A stretch of 36,307 bases of DNA from Octopus bimaculoides (lineage: Eukaryota): contig NC_068985.1 in NCBI RefSeq assembly GCF_001194135.2, forward strand, positions 50,612,426 to 50,648,732, in the 5' to 3' direction. Below are positions 10,344-20,460 of the stretch, in pieces (the first letter of the stretch is position 1; every line of letters starts with the position of its first letter). The notes under the pieces are model-generated. The model was given only the letters and a program-made list of their open reading frames with translations. It searched no databases and was not told the origin of the DNA. Made by a program: the position numbers and the translations under genes.

Positions 10344-12164
10344 TTGTTTTCTTTATTATAAGCATACAGCTCTTACAGGGAAGGGACGAACAAAGACAGA
10401 CAACACAATACAGTGGCGTACATGAAACGAAAATCGAATGGATATGAATATAGTTATATAATGAAAAAAATGAAATGTCTTAATTGCCCCCATACGCAAG
10501 CAGTGTCATTTAACTGTTTAGGCAGTTCATGTTCGTGTACAGTCTTGGGGGGGGGGGGGTTAACATATTTCAATTTTACAAATTTTACTTCTATATTCAT
10601 CGACAAAGTATTGCACGTCTTCGAATGGCACCACTGGTGGCAGCTCGTCACATCGAAACCACAGGTTCGTCAAATCAATCCGCTCACCGAACAATTCTTT
10701 CAATTTATCCGCTCAGTCACTCTCCAGCAAAACCGTCCTGTCGTCCTCTGTATATTCACTTCCCGTTATCTTAACTCTTATAACATTTTTCAACTTCGTA
10801 ATCCTCTTCTCTGTCTCAATACTCTTCTTGTATTCCACCATTCTCCTCAAATTTCTTCTTTTCGCTTCCTCTTTCCACTTTCCATCTCCACTCTCTCCCG
10901 ATGTTCCTGGTACTTGAGTGTCCATCTCCTCGTTGTTGCTTCCTTTCCTTTCTGCATACTTTCTTTTCTATTTGTTCTCTCTTCTGCAATTTTCTTTTTT
11001 TCCACTTCTGCACCTTCTATCCGCATTCTCTTTTTTTTTGCGGGCTTTTTGGAGGCAATAATGCATTTTCCTCCTTCTCTTTCTGTTTCTTTCCGACTGG
11101 GTGTTTCGCTTCTACCGTTTCCATTACTTCCTTTTCTTGGCCTTGCGCCACCACACCTTGCTCCACCCCTCCTTCTCCTGCTCCTGTTCTACTTCCTGTT
11201 CCACTTCTTGTTTCTGAGGGCACCTCACATGCATGTGACCCCGTATTCCACAGTGGTAGCAGATGGGAGGTCTTCCTTCAACTACTACTCGTAGTCTGAC
11301 GTCCTCCGGTAACATAATCTCATCCACAATTTTATGCAGGTCCGGTACGCTGATTTGGAAAATCACCTCAAGACCGTATCCAAACCAGTTCGTCTCCGTT
11401 GTCCTCGTGACCTTCAGGACATTGGTTTCTTCCTAGGCATTGAAGAGGATAGCCTCCACCAGCCACGTTTCATCAATTTCTGGGGGCACTCTGCCAATCC
11501 TAATTCTGGCCACACGTTTGCCACAATAGGTTGGCAGTAGTGCCCACTCATCCGACCTTAATGGCACAGTGGAGCACTTTATTGCGTGTTGTTAGGTCGC
11601 AAACCGTACCTCCCCTGTGACGTACGTCTTGCCTCTGGTGTAGTACGTGGTAAGGTGCTTCACCTCCTTGAGGCACTCCCCCATTTCCTCAATGCTTACT
11701 AATTCAACCTTTTTGCTGCTGTTCGACAGTGTTCTATAAACAACGGTTTTTTTTTTTCGTTGTTTCTTCCAATATTTCTTTTGGAGGGGCTCAGTCTCAG
11801 GCTGTTTCCTTCTTTAGCAATTAGCTCGTTAGCTTTGACTTCCTTGACTTGCACAACGTCGCTATTTACACCCCTTCCTGCTGCTGTAGCATAGCTAACG
11901 GCTGGTTGAGTGTCCATAACTTCGTTGGTCACAAAAAATTTTCAGAAATTGTCTTCACAAATTCACAATTCAATAAATAATTTGCAGAAATTTTCTACCC
12001 CGTAGGGCAAAAATTACAGTTTTCCACAAGACAACAGTTCGAATTCCAATAAAACTTTCAATACAAATATAACAAATATTCACAATAACAGCACAAGAAA
12101 CGAACTAACATACCGCAGGTAATAACTGAAAACAATACCGTGTCGTAGACGAAAAAGGCGTGGC
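10344..12164 (-). mobile_element. ORF1-only L1/Tx1-type retroelement (HAL1-like), apparently full length
   Basis: 5' UTR ~12164-11918, disrupted ORF1 11917-10560, then a ~215-nt 3' UTR ending AATAAAGAAAACAA. Flanked by the direct repeat CTTGCTAGCT (10334-10343 and 12165-12174). No endonuclease or RT sequence lies between ORF1 and the tail. Confidence 0.7.
10560..11917 (-). pseudogene. Tx1/L1-type ORF1 (gag-like RNA-binding protein) with a CCHC zinc knuckle, disrupted by stops and frameshifts
   Basis: Stitched from ORFs 11699..11932, 11124..11366, 11017..11223 and 10713..10925 plus manual translation. N-terminal SYATAA; IGRVPPEI; EGRPPICYHCGIRGHMHVRCP (C-X2-C-X4-H-X4-C at 11261-11220); a Glu/Lys-rich linker; C-terminal ...LWFRCDELPPVVPFEDVQYFVDEYRSKICKIEIC*. 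Confidence 0.85.
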
Positions 12165-12537
12165 CTTGCTAGCTGAATTTTTTATTACGATTATAAAAAT
12201 CATACATAATAACACTGCCAGGCCAGGGATTTTTGGTAATTATCTAAATTTCCCGGCCTAACCAGTGAGAAAATTCAACTTTAAATCAAAAACGTTTGAA
12301 GCTTTGATCGGTGAACTCCTTATCAAGCAAAGTGACCCGAATAATCCAATGAAAGTTACAACATTTGTCTGACATCTATGCTTCCAACCATGTAGATCTT
12401 CAGCGGGACTGAAAAGGGAAGTCAAAAATGGCATTGACAACGAAGAAGCACAAGACAATCATCTGTGAAAATGGAGTAATCGCCTCACACAGACACGCAC
12501 GCATATATTTGTATGTACGTATTCGTGTATTTGTATG

Positions 12538-12572
<35 letters not shown>

Positions 12573-12579
12573 CATGATT

Positions 12580-12770
12580 GACCGGTAGCTACTAAAGCTT
12601 TCTTTTTTATTCTCGCTGTGTTTATTTTCTCGTGTTCCTTTCTGTTGAAGAGAGTAGGCTCGAAACGTAAAAGACTTTCTCACCTTCCCGAACGTTAAAC
12701 TAATACACCTGTTTGTTGTCTACACCACCTGTCTTCGTCTTTTGTATTTTGTAAATTCCAACTATATATA
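12580..12770 (+). mobile_element. Penelope-like pseudo-LTR fragment between (GT)n tracts
   Basis: TTGAAGA-GAG-TAGG-CTC-GAAACGT at 12645-12668 is the hammerhead-like signature typical of PLE terminal repeats; flanked by microsatellites. Confidence 0.5.
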
Positions 12771-12772
12771 TA

Positions 12773-12777
<5 letters not shown>

Positions 12778-12845
<68 letters not shown>
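12778..12845. repeat. (GT)n microsatellite
   Basis: Direct read; a second (GT)n lies at 12539-12569. Confidence 0.98.
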
Positions 12846-12848
<3 letters not shown>

Positions 12849-13171
12849 CATGTATTTATGTATACGGAGGAATTTTCATTGGTAGCCTTTAATGACAAAA
12901 CACACAGCAACAACAGCTGACAAACTGCGAGTGGGTTAGGTGATGAATTCTGTAGAAATGTACAATCTACTATTTTCAGGAAGGACAGGTTACTGCTATG
13001 CAGAAGCTGGTAGCGATTTCAGATTATTCGTGCTTACTCAGTAACTTGTACTTGTTATCAGATTACCTACCAGGTGATAGGATGCAATCAGGGTGGTACC
13101 TGAAACGAAATTTCATCTTACTCCATACGATTTCAAATTACCTCTCCAAAACATTTATTTATCGCATTTTA

Positions 13172-13210
<39 letters not shown>

Positions 13211-13260
13211 AAGAAGAAGAAAAAGAAGAAGAAGAAGAAGAAAAAGAAGAAGAAGAAGAG
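13172..13260. repeat. Compound microsatellite (TAG)n(AAG)n
   Basis: Direct read. Confidence 0.97.
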
Positions 13261-14393
13261 CAAAGGTATATATAACCAGGTTCGGGCAAGCCTCCGAATT
13301 GTAGTATAAAATCGATTTCAGTTTCCTGGAATGTAACTTGAAATGGAGCTAGCAATTTCTACCGGCTTCACTCACGAGACACTATTCTGTTTGAAACTAT
13401 ATTAGAAAACACTAGCCTAAGATGCCACGTACTAAAATCTCTCTTCTTTGTCAGTTTTCATAGTATGTAAGTTGTTTGATTTTCGGGGTTGGGGGTTCAG
13501 TTAAGCCAAGCTGAAAAAATAGTGATCATAATATTTCTTCAGGACTCTAAAACTGGTGAGAACTGAGGAAGTTATTTTCAGATCAGAGAGAGACTTGACT
13601 CGAATGTTTGCAACTGAGTGAATGCTGATAAAGACGCTCAAGGTCCAAGTGGTGGAGTCAAAGAAGGTGGTGGATTAAGTCTATCACCAAGAAAGCTGAA
13701 TAATCCCTCAAAACTTCTCAACTCAGGTATAGCTGAACTAAATTTTTTCTGCGTCTTCTTAACTCATTATTTTGAGACAATGAAGTCAAAATATTCTATG
13801 TCACACCAAAAATGCATTTCTGTTCTCTGTAAAGTTTAATAAGTGGGGACATTGTTATGTAAGATCGTTAAACACTGATTTAGTGTCGTGTCATGCAACA
13901 TCTTCGAGGTGAAACAGATTAAATCATGTTCTCGTTAGTCAATTTTTTAAAATCTTTTCGTGTGTTATCTGTAATAGGACATAAACTATAAATAGAAATT
14001 GTGTGAAAACTTGTCGGAGGGACCGTTCTTGTTCATGAGGAGTAAACTAACCTGTCGCCCGATATAACATCACCCCTAGCCATTGGGTGCCTTTAGTGGA
14101 GTCCGTACATTTACAAGTATTTGGATCAGATCTCTAATTTGAGGGTAATTTCTTTCCCCCATTTTTAACGGAAGCTCTGTCTAAAAAGAATGGTAGACGT
14201 TACCCTCCCTCTTCTAAGTCGTTAAAAATTACTCGAGTTCATCCAATCAATCACATCACGCCCTGACAATATATAAAGTCTTGTATCAATAAAAGAAATT
14301 ATTTTTAGAAAGATAGAGAAAATTATTAATATGCAGCATACAGTGTTGAATTTGTCAAATAATAAATATATTAATTATATATTTACGTATGTA

Positions 14394-14600
14394 AAAATTA
14401 AATAATGAGGGTAGAAATTAATATTAATCAATTAAAACCAGTGACTTTGCATATTTAAAAAATCCAAAGATTAAAATTATATTACATACAAAATTAAGAG
14501 GAAAGACCACCAAAGTGGACTCCTATATGCTAGATATAGACGTCTATATCTAGCATATAGGAGTCCACTTTGATGGTCTTTCCTCCTAATTTTGTATGTA
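14394..14600. mobile_element. 207-bp insertion with a 15-bp flanking direct repeat and a foldback end
   Basis: ATATTTACGTATGTA at 14379-14393 and 14601-14615; contains the palindrome 14479-14604. Confidence 0.6.
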
Positions 14601-14604
14601 ATAT
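14479..14604. repeat. 126-bp spacerless palindrome
   Basis: 63-bp arms centred on GAC|GTC (14541/14542); 61 of 63 positions are complementary. Confidence 0.95.
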
Positions 14605-15619
14605 TTACGTATGTATTTAGATATACATTTTTTTTAAATGAAAAGTATCTTTCGCTACTAGTGTATTAGGCAATTTATTTTCGTTGAAATGTCGGACTTA
14701 AATATTTCTTTTTTTAATGTTTATATTATTATTTCATTTACCTTTTCTTTTCGTCTACGTTACTTTCCTTATGTGTGTATTTATGTATTTTCTTTACTGC
14801 TAAGTAGCCAGTGGATTTTTCATGCATCATCTTAGAATTAAAAATTCAAATATCATTTGCCGGATTCTTTCTTCCAGATAAATTAAGACACTGAGGGAAC
14901 AGCTTGACAACGGTAGGATTTTGAGTAATGTTCATTTCTTCGTTTATTTATTTGTTTCTGGTCCTTTAACCGAAGAAATTGACATCTGGTTGATAAATGG
15001 TTCTTTTTTTAACAAACCATTATCAGATGTGCCATACTATTCCTCTTGATCCCTTGCCATTGTAACCTCTGATAGCGAACAAAAGAAAGGAACAACAACA
15101 GTATTCAGCATCAACAACAGCTTCGATAAAATGTATTCTTTATATTGAACTTCTCAGAGTGATGGTAATGGCCGTCTATGATTTACATCAACCCTAAGAA
15201 GTTATCACCAATTTTTCCCAGAACCAAATAGATGTCGTTATTGCATTCTGCTTTATACAAATTCACAATAGAAATTTTAGAGCTGCTGTCCATGTAGATA
15301 AATTTCCTAGAATTAAATGAGATTATATTTATTTAGGTGTAATTCACTCGACATTGAAAGTGGATGATTACTGAATCTATGAGCGGGCGTATGTGTGTGT
15401 GTATCTATCATTTATCATTTATGTTTTGTTTCACTAAAAAGACTGCAGCCATACTTATGCACCAACCTTGCAAAATTTCAGTCCATCAAATCGAACCCAG
15501 TACTTAATATTTTTAAGCCTAGCATGTATTCTATCGGTTTCTTTTACCGAACTGCTAAGTTACGGGAACATAAAAAAACAAGCGGTGGTCGGTGACAAAT
15601 ACAGACGCACGCACACGCT

Positions 15620-15622
<3 letters not shown>

Positions 15623-15661
<39 letters not shown>

Positions 15662-15722
15662 CACATATATATTATACACACATACACACACATAGATATA
15701 TATACACACACACACACACATA
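15623..15722. repeat. (CA)n/(TA)n microsatellite
   Basis: Direct read. Confidence 0.95.
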
Positions 15723-15779
15723 TATGTGACATATGAATAAAAATCTGTAAATGTACAACCATCCAGATTTCTGAGTACC

Positions 15780-16106
15780 NNNNNNNNNNNNNNNNNNNNN
15801 NNNNNNNNNNNNNNNNNNNNNNNNNNNNNNNNNNNNNNNNNNNNNNNNNNNNNNNNNNNNNNNNNNNNNNNNNNNNNNNNNNNNNNNNNNNNNNNNNNNN
15901 NNNNNNNNNNNNNNNNNNNNNNNNNNNNNNNNNNNNNNNNNNNNNNNNNNNNNNNNNNNNNNNNNNNNNNNNNNNNNNNNNNNNNNNNNNNNNNNNNNNN
16001 NNNNNNNNNNNNNNNNNNNNNNNNNNNNNNNNNNNNNNNNNNNNNNNNNNNNNNNNNNNNNNNNNNNNNNNNNNNNNNNNNNNNNNNNNNNNNNNNNNNN
16101 NNNNNN
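15780..16106. other. Assembly gap (N)
   Basis: Run of N. Confidence 1.
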
Positions 16107-16141
<35 letters not shown>

Positions 16142-16752
16142 TCAGGTCATTAAGAATGAAATGTCCGATTTTCTTATGAACCAAGTTTGACAGTCGTTAA
16201 TTCTAATGTTTTATCCAGACAATTCTTTGTTTTACAACATTGAAAAGTTACATCATCACTTTTCGAAATGCAATTCATGGCATTTGATTATATTGTGAGT
16301 TTTCTCTTGTAAATCGATTTTTGTGAACCCATGGGTAGATCAAAAATTCGTGTTGTTTATGAATATGAGTTCCGTCGTTGAACCAACGCGTCCCAGACAG
16401 CTCAAAACATCAATGACATGTTTGGTGAAGATGTAGCGAATGAGCGTACTGTACATCGATGGTTTGAGAAGTTCCGGTCTGGTGACTTACTATTGAAAAT
16501 CAACCCCGTAGTAGTCCTGAGACCAAGATGGAAAGTGATGAGCTGAAAACTGTAGTAGAAGCGGATATATCTCAAACTACACGTGAATTAACAGCAAAGT
16601 TTGATGTTTCAATTCCAATTATATTGGACCATCTGAAACAAGTCGGTAAGGTAAAGAAGTTGGACAAGTGGGTACCACATGAACTGAACGAGCATCAAAT
16701 GACACGTCGTCTTCAAACTTGCTATTCTTTACTGTCACGGCATTCAAAATAG
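16142..16752 (+). mobile_element. Mariner DNA transposon, 5' half (left TIR and N-terminal transposase)
   Basis: TA followed by TIR-like TCAGGTCATTAAGAATGAAATGTCCG. From the ATG at 16331: MGRSKIRVVYEYEFRR*TNASQTAQNINDMFGEDVANERTVHRWFEKFRSGD, then a frameshift, then ENQPRSSPETKMESDELK...KLDKWVPHELNEHQ. The HTH region and the WVPHEL motif are present; the DDD domain and right TIR are not seen. Confidence 0.92.
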
Positions 16753-17168
16753 GTTTATATTGATGCGATAGAATATGCTTCTTTGCTAATGCGCTGATTA
16801 TAGGTTGCATTGTACCTGAATTTATAGAGGGGAAAATTCTAAAATTGGGTTGTTCGTTAGTGGCGCAAATATCGATATGCTCGCTTAATCCTATTTTTTT
16901 GTATTCTCATATTTTAATCTGGGTTCTATGTACCGTCATCCTCTGGCTTAGATTGTTTTTAGCTTGACCAATATATTGTTCTCGACATCCTGAGCAAGTT
17001 AATATATATATTAGGTTTTCCGAAGCACATGTGAAGTTGCTTTTCACTGTAAAACGTTGACTCTGTTTGAAGGAGAATTCTGGCTGCTCCTGCTTAAACT
17101 ATCAATTCTCTGTACCTAAACTATTCCTTCAGATTTACTACAACCCACCTACGAGGCATTCACAAAGG

Positions 17169-17171
<3 letters not shown>

Positions 17172-17228
<57 letters not shown>
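17172..17228. repeat. Compound microsatellite (GA)n(GACA)n
   Basis: Direct read. Confidence 0.97.
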
Positions 17229-17229
<1 letters not shown>

Positions 17230-17443
17230 TGACTATCTGAAGGCTATGGAAATATTTTCCTATTTAAAAACTATGGAAATATCTACAAAACATTTCATTA
17301 AAATTTTTTCTCCATTTTTTTTCTTTTACTCTTAGTTGAAAAAGTCTAGAAGACGAAAACCGGTACTAAAATGTATTTCATAATAAAATTATTTTAGCAT
17401 TTTCTACCTTGTTTTATTTTCCTTATATATGTGTGGGGGGGTG

Positions 17444-17580
17444 GATCAAAACAGTTTGATTCAAAATCCTTGGTACTCTGAGTTTCAAGTGTGTCGCTAG
17501 TATTCAGCCATCAGACTCCGATAGCTAAAGACTAGCTACACACTTGAAACTCAGAGTACCAAGGTCAAACTGCTTTGATC
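17444..17580. repeat. 137-bp foldback hairpin (MITE-like)
   Basis: GATCAAAACAGTTTGA pairs with TCAAACTGCTTTGATC (15/16); an 8-nt bulge; then a 34-bp stem CCTTGGTACTCTGAGTTTCAAGTGTGTCGCTAGT pairing 33/34; the inner 29 nt are partly paired. Confidence 0.9.
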
Positions 17581-17700
17581 AATAAATGTGTTGAGAGCCC
17601 TTTTTTCATTTTTCTATTCACTCGTGTATATATATATATGTGTATGTGTGTGTGTTTAAATGCATGTGTGTCTGTGTGTGTATGATTACATAAGCCAGAC

Positions 17701-18019
17701 TGGCACTCCGTCGGTTACGACGGCGATGTACCAGATGATCCGATCAACGGAACAGCCTGTTCGTAAAATTAACGTGCAAGTGGTTGAGCGCTCCACAAAC
17801 ATGTGTACCCTTAATGTAGTTTTAAGGGAGATTTAGCGTGACACAGCATGTGACAAGGCTAAACCTTTGAATTTCATGTCCAACCTATTTTTGCCAAATG
17901 AGTGGATTGGAGCAGTGTAAAATAGCGTCTTGCTCAAGAATACAACGCACCGCCAGGAATCGAACTCACGACCTTATGATCGTAGGTCAAATACCCTAAC
18001 CACTAAGCCACGTGCCTTA
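17701..18019 (-). mobile_element. tRNA-headed SINE, family C
   Basis: Minus strand GGCACGTGGCTTAGTGGTTAGGG (A box) ... GAGTTCGATTCC (B box), a central TTCTTGAGCAAGAC domain, and a 3' end CGTCGTAACCGACGGAGTGCCA. Confidence 0.9.
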
Positions 18020-18096
18020 CCACATAATTATATATACATATATAAATACATATTTATTTGTATGCATACATGCACACACACTCATACAGACATACA

Positions 18097-18136
<40 letters not shown>

Positions 18137-18184
18137 GTATGAATATACCAATCTATGTACGAGCCAATGAGGATGTCCCTATAG

Positions 18185-18365
18185 GCGGTTGCTCAACGTG
18201 CAAGAAATAGGAGCCGAACTCCCTCAAGTCACCTACTACAATACAGATTAAATGAAAAGACGTAGCTAATGTAGTCACAAATGGTCCTAAAAGCACGGTA
18301 TGGTCAGAATTGGATTGTTCAATGAAGGCTGCCCTGAGGCTAACCAGTAACAACCAATCCATCAT
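18185..18365 (+). mobile_element. Interspersed repeat family E (AAC-rich tail)
   Basis: AGAAATAGGAGCCGAACTCCCTCAAGTCAC...AATGTAGTC...ATGGTC...CCTGAGGCTAA is similar to 23700-23890, 27570-27750 and the reverse complement of 33215-33425. Confidence 0.65.
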
Positions 18366-18652
18366 TGATATACAGAACATGAGTCGTATTTATATATCAT
18401 AATACATGTCAGTGCAATATTTTACTGAAAATACATTCAACAAGTTGGCTAAGTTGTATTCAACAAGTTGGTTAAGCAAAGCACATGGCAAAATGTGAAC
18501 GTGTTTGAAACATTAACACATGACTGACAGTAATATTGTACAAAGATTTTATGAACAATCTGTTAGTGATATGAATAATGGAAAGCTTTCTACAAAGCGT
18601 GTATTTATCCTCCTCTTCATCATCATCATCATCATTACACCCATCATTTGCC

Positions 18653-18807
18653 AGACTGGCTGAATCATCAGTGCCTTGCAGTATTTGTTTCACCACTTTT
18701 AGTTTTGAGTTCAAATTTCGCTGAGATCAACTTTGTCTTTCATCCCTCCGGGGTTGATAAAATAAAATGCGGGATTTGTACCGGTGTCGATTTAATATAC
18801 TCACTAC
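18653..18807 (+). mobile_element. tRNA-headed SINE, family B; runs into a gap
   Basis: GAGTTCAAATTTCGCTGAGATCAACTTTGTCTTTCATCCCTCCGGGGTTGATAAAAT is homologous to the reverse complement of 5647-5848. Confidence 0.85.
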
Positions 18808-19425
18808 NNNNNNNNNNNNNNNNNNNNNNNNNNNNNNNNNNNNNNNNNNNNNNNNNNNNNNNNNNNNNNNNNNNNNNNNNNNNNNNNNNNNNNNNNNNNN
18901 NNNNNNNNNNNNNNNNNNNNNNNNNNNNNNNNNNNNNNNNNNNNNNNNNNNNNNNNNNNNNNNNNNNNNNNNNNNNNNNNNNNNNNNNNNNNNNNNNNNN
19001 NNNNNNNNNNNNNNNNNNNNNNNNNNNNNNNNNNNNNNNNNNNNNNNNNNNNNNNNNNNNNNNNNNNNNNNNNNNNNNNNNNNNNNNNNNNNNNNNNNNN
19101 NNNNNNNNNNNNNNNNNNNNNNNNNNNNNNNNNNNNNNNNNNNNNNNNNNNNNNNNNNNNNNNNNNNNNNNNNNNNNNNNNNNNNNNNNNNNNNNNNNNN
19201 NNNNNNNNNNNNNNNNNNNNNNNNNNNNNNNNNNNNNNNNNNNNNNNNNNNNNNNNNNNNNNNNNNNNNNNNNNNNNNNNNNNNNNNNNNNNNNNNNNNN
19301 NNNNNNNNNNNNNNNNNNNNNNNNNNNNNNNNNNNNNNNNNNNNNNNNNNNNNNNNNNNNNNNNNNNNNNNNNNNNNNNNNNNNNNNNNNNNNNNNNNNN
19401 NNNNNNNNNNNNNNNNNNNNNNNNN
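18808..19425. other. Assembly gap (N)
   Basis: Run of N. Confidence 1.
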
Positions 19426-19499
<74 letters not shown>

Positions 19500-19560
19500 C
19501 GCGTGTGTGTGCGTGTGTGCGCGCGTGTGCGTGTGTGCATGTGTGTGTGTGTGCGTGTGT
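19426..19560. repeat. (GT)n/(GC)n microsatellite
   Basis: Direct read. Confidence 0.97.
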
Positions 19561-20264
19561 CTGTCTGTGATATGGCTGGGACAGATGTTAGAAAATCAAT
19601 TGGCAAGAGGAAAACAATTTACTCGACGAAGTGTGACTTCAAGCCTGGCTGGGTTAGGCTGGGGGGATAGACAAACTGGTGGTGGGTGAGAACAATAAAG
19701 CATAGGAAAAATAATTAAGGAGGGAAAATAAATAATTTAAATAAATATATAAAATAAATTAAAATGTCAACCTAGTCCCACGACGATACGCATTGAACCA
19801 TAGTGCTAAATGATCTTGCTTAATATACACACACACTCACATTACAGAAATATACCTAATACAGAGAGATGTATAGACGAACAGATAAACGGGCATTGAT
19901 ATATACATTTGAGTTAATGTTCATGTGTATTCATACGTATATTTAGAACTTGATTCATTATCAGTTCATACAGATGCTCACACAGAGACACACTATGACA
20001 TATATGCGTGTAAAACTCGACATGCAAACACATAGCTGTTTCATACATATTATAGTGTCATGCACAAGTCTATCTCCATCTGTTACAGATAAATGTTACT
20101 GTCTCCATTACATGAGGAAGGAAATCAGTGAGGAATGGCGAGATGGGGAAACAATAGAGGTGGTGAGTGTAAATCAACTAATGGACTAAGAGATCAAGAT
20201 CAACCACTATTCTACTACATTAAGCGGACGATGCAATCTCGTACTCACCCTCGTTCACTTCATT

Positions 20265-20269
<5 letters not shown>

Positions 20270-20323
<54 letters not shown>

Positions 20324-20394
20324 TACATGCACACCTACACCCACACGCACACATACGTACATATTGTTAGATTATTATAACTGAGTGTGAGGAT

Positions 20395-20433
<39 letters not shown>

Positions 20434-20460
20434 CGCGCGCGTGTGTGTGTGTGTGTGTCT
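20270..20460. repeat. Microsatellite cluster (CT)n(CA)n and (GT)n
   Basis: Direct read. Confidence 0.93.

Noticed and set aside
10413-11294. 293-aa + strand ORF
   Set aside because: It is the antisense shadow of the purine-rich ORF1 on the minus strand; Phe/Ser/Leu-rich with no recognisable motif.
8530-12164. Treating the ORF2 fragment and the ORF1 element as one rearranged full-length Tx1
   Set aside because: They are on opposite strands, the ORF1 element has its own 3' UTR and flanking direct repeat, and a SINE, a gap and the hammerhead repeat lie between them. The gap at 9615-10060 leaves some uncertainty.
12260-12475. Coding-looking stretch (PVRKFNFKSKTFEALIGELLIKQSDPNNP)
   Set aside because: Stops in all frames within a short distance, no recognisable motif and no clear splice sites; possibly an old TE remnant.
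13575-13730. Possible exon (TTTTCAG|ATC ... TCAG|GTATAG; ADKDAQGPSGGVKEGGG)
   Set aside because: All three frames from this acceptor hit a stop before the donor, and no similarity was recognised.
17945-18019. tRNA genes at SINE heads (also 1617-1670, 5770-5848 and 25870-25940)
   Set aside because: They have A/B boxes but no complete cloverleaf, and they continue into SINE bodies; these are tRNA-derived heads, not genes.
18435-18476. 23-bp-period direct repeat ATTCAACAAGTTGG(C/T)TAAG, and CTATGGAAATAT twice near 17238-17281
   Set aside because: Two-unit local slippage duplications, expected in this background; no spacer array, so not CRISPR-like.
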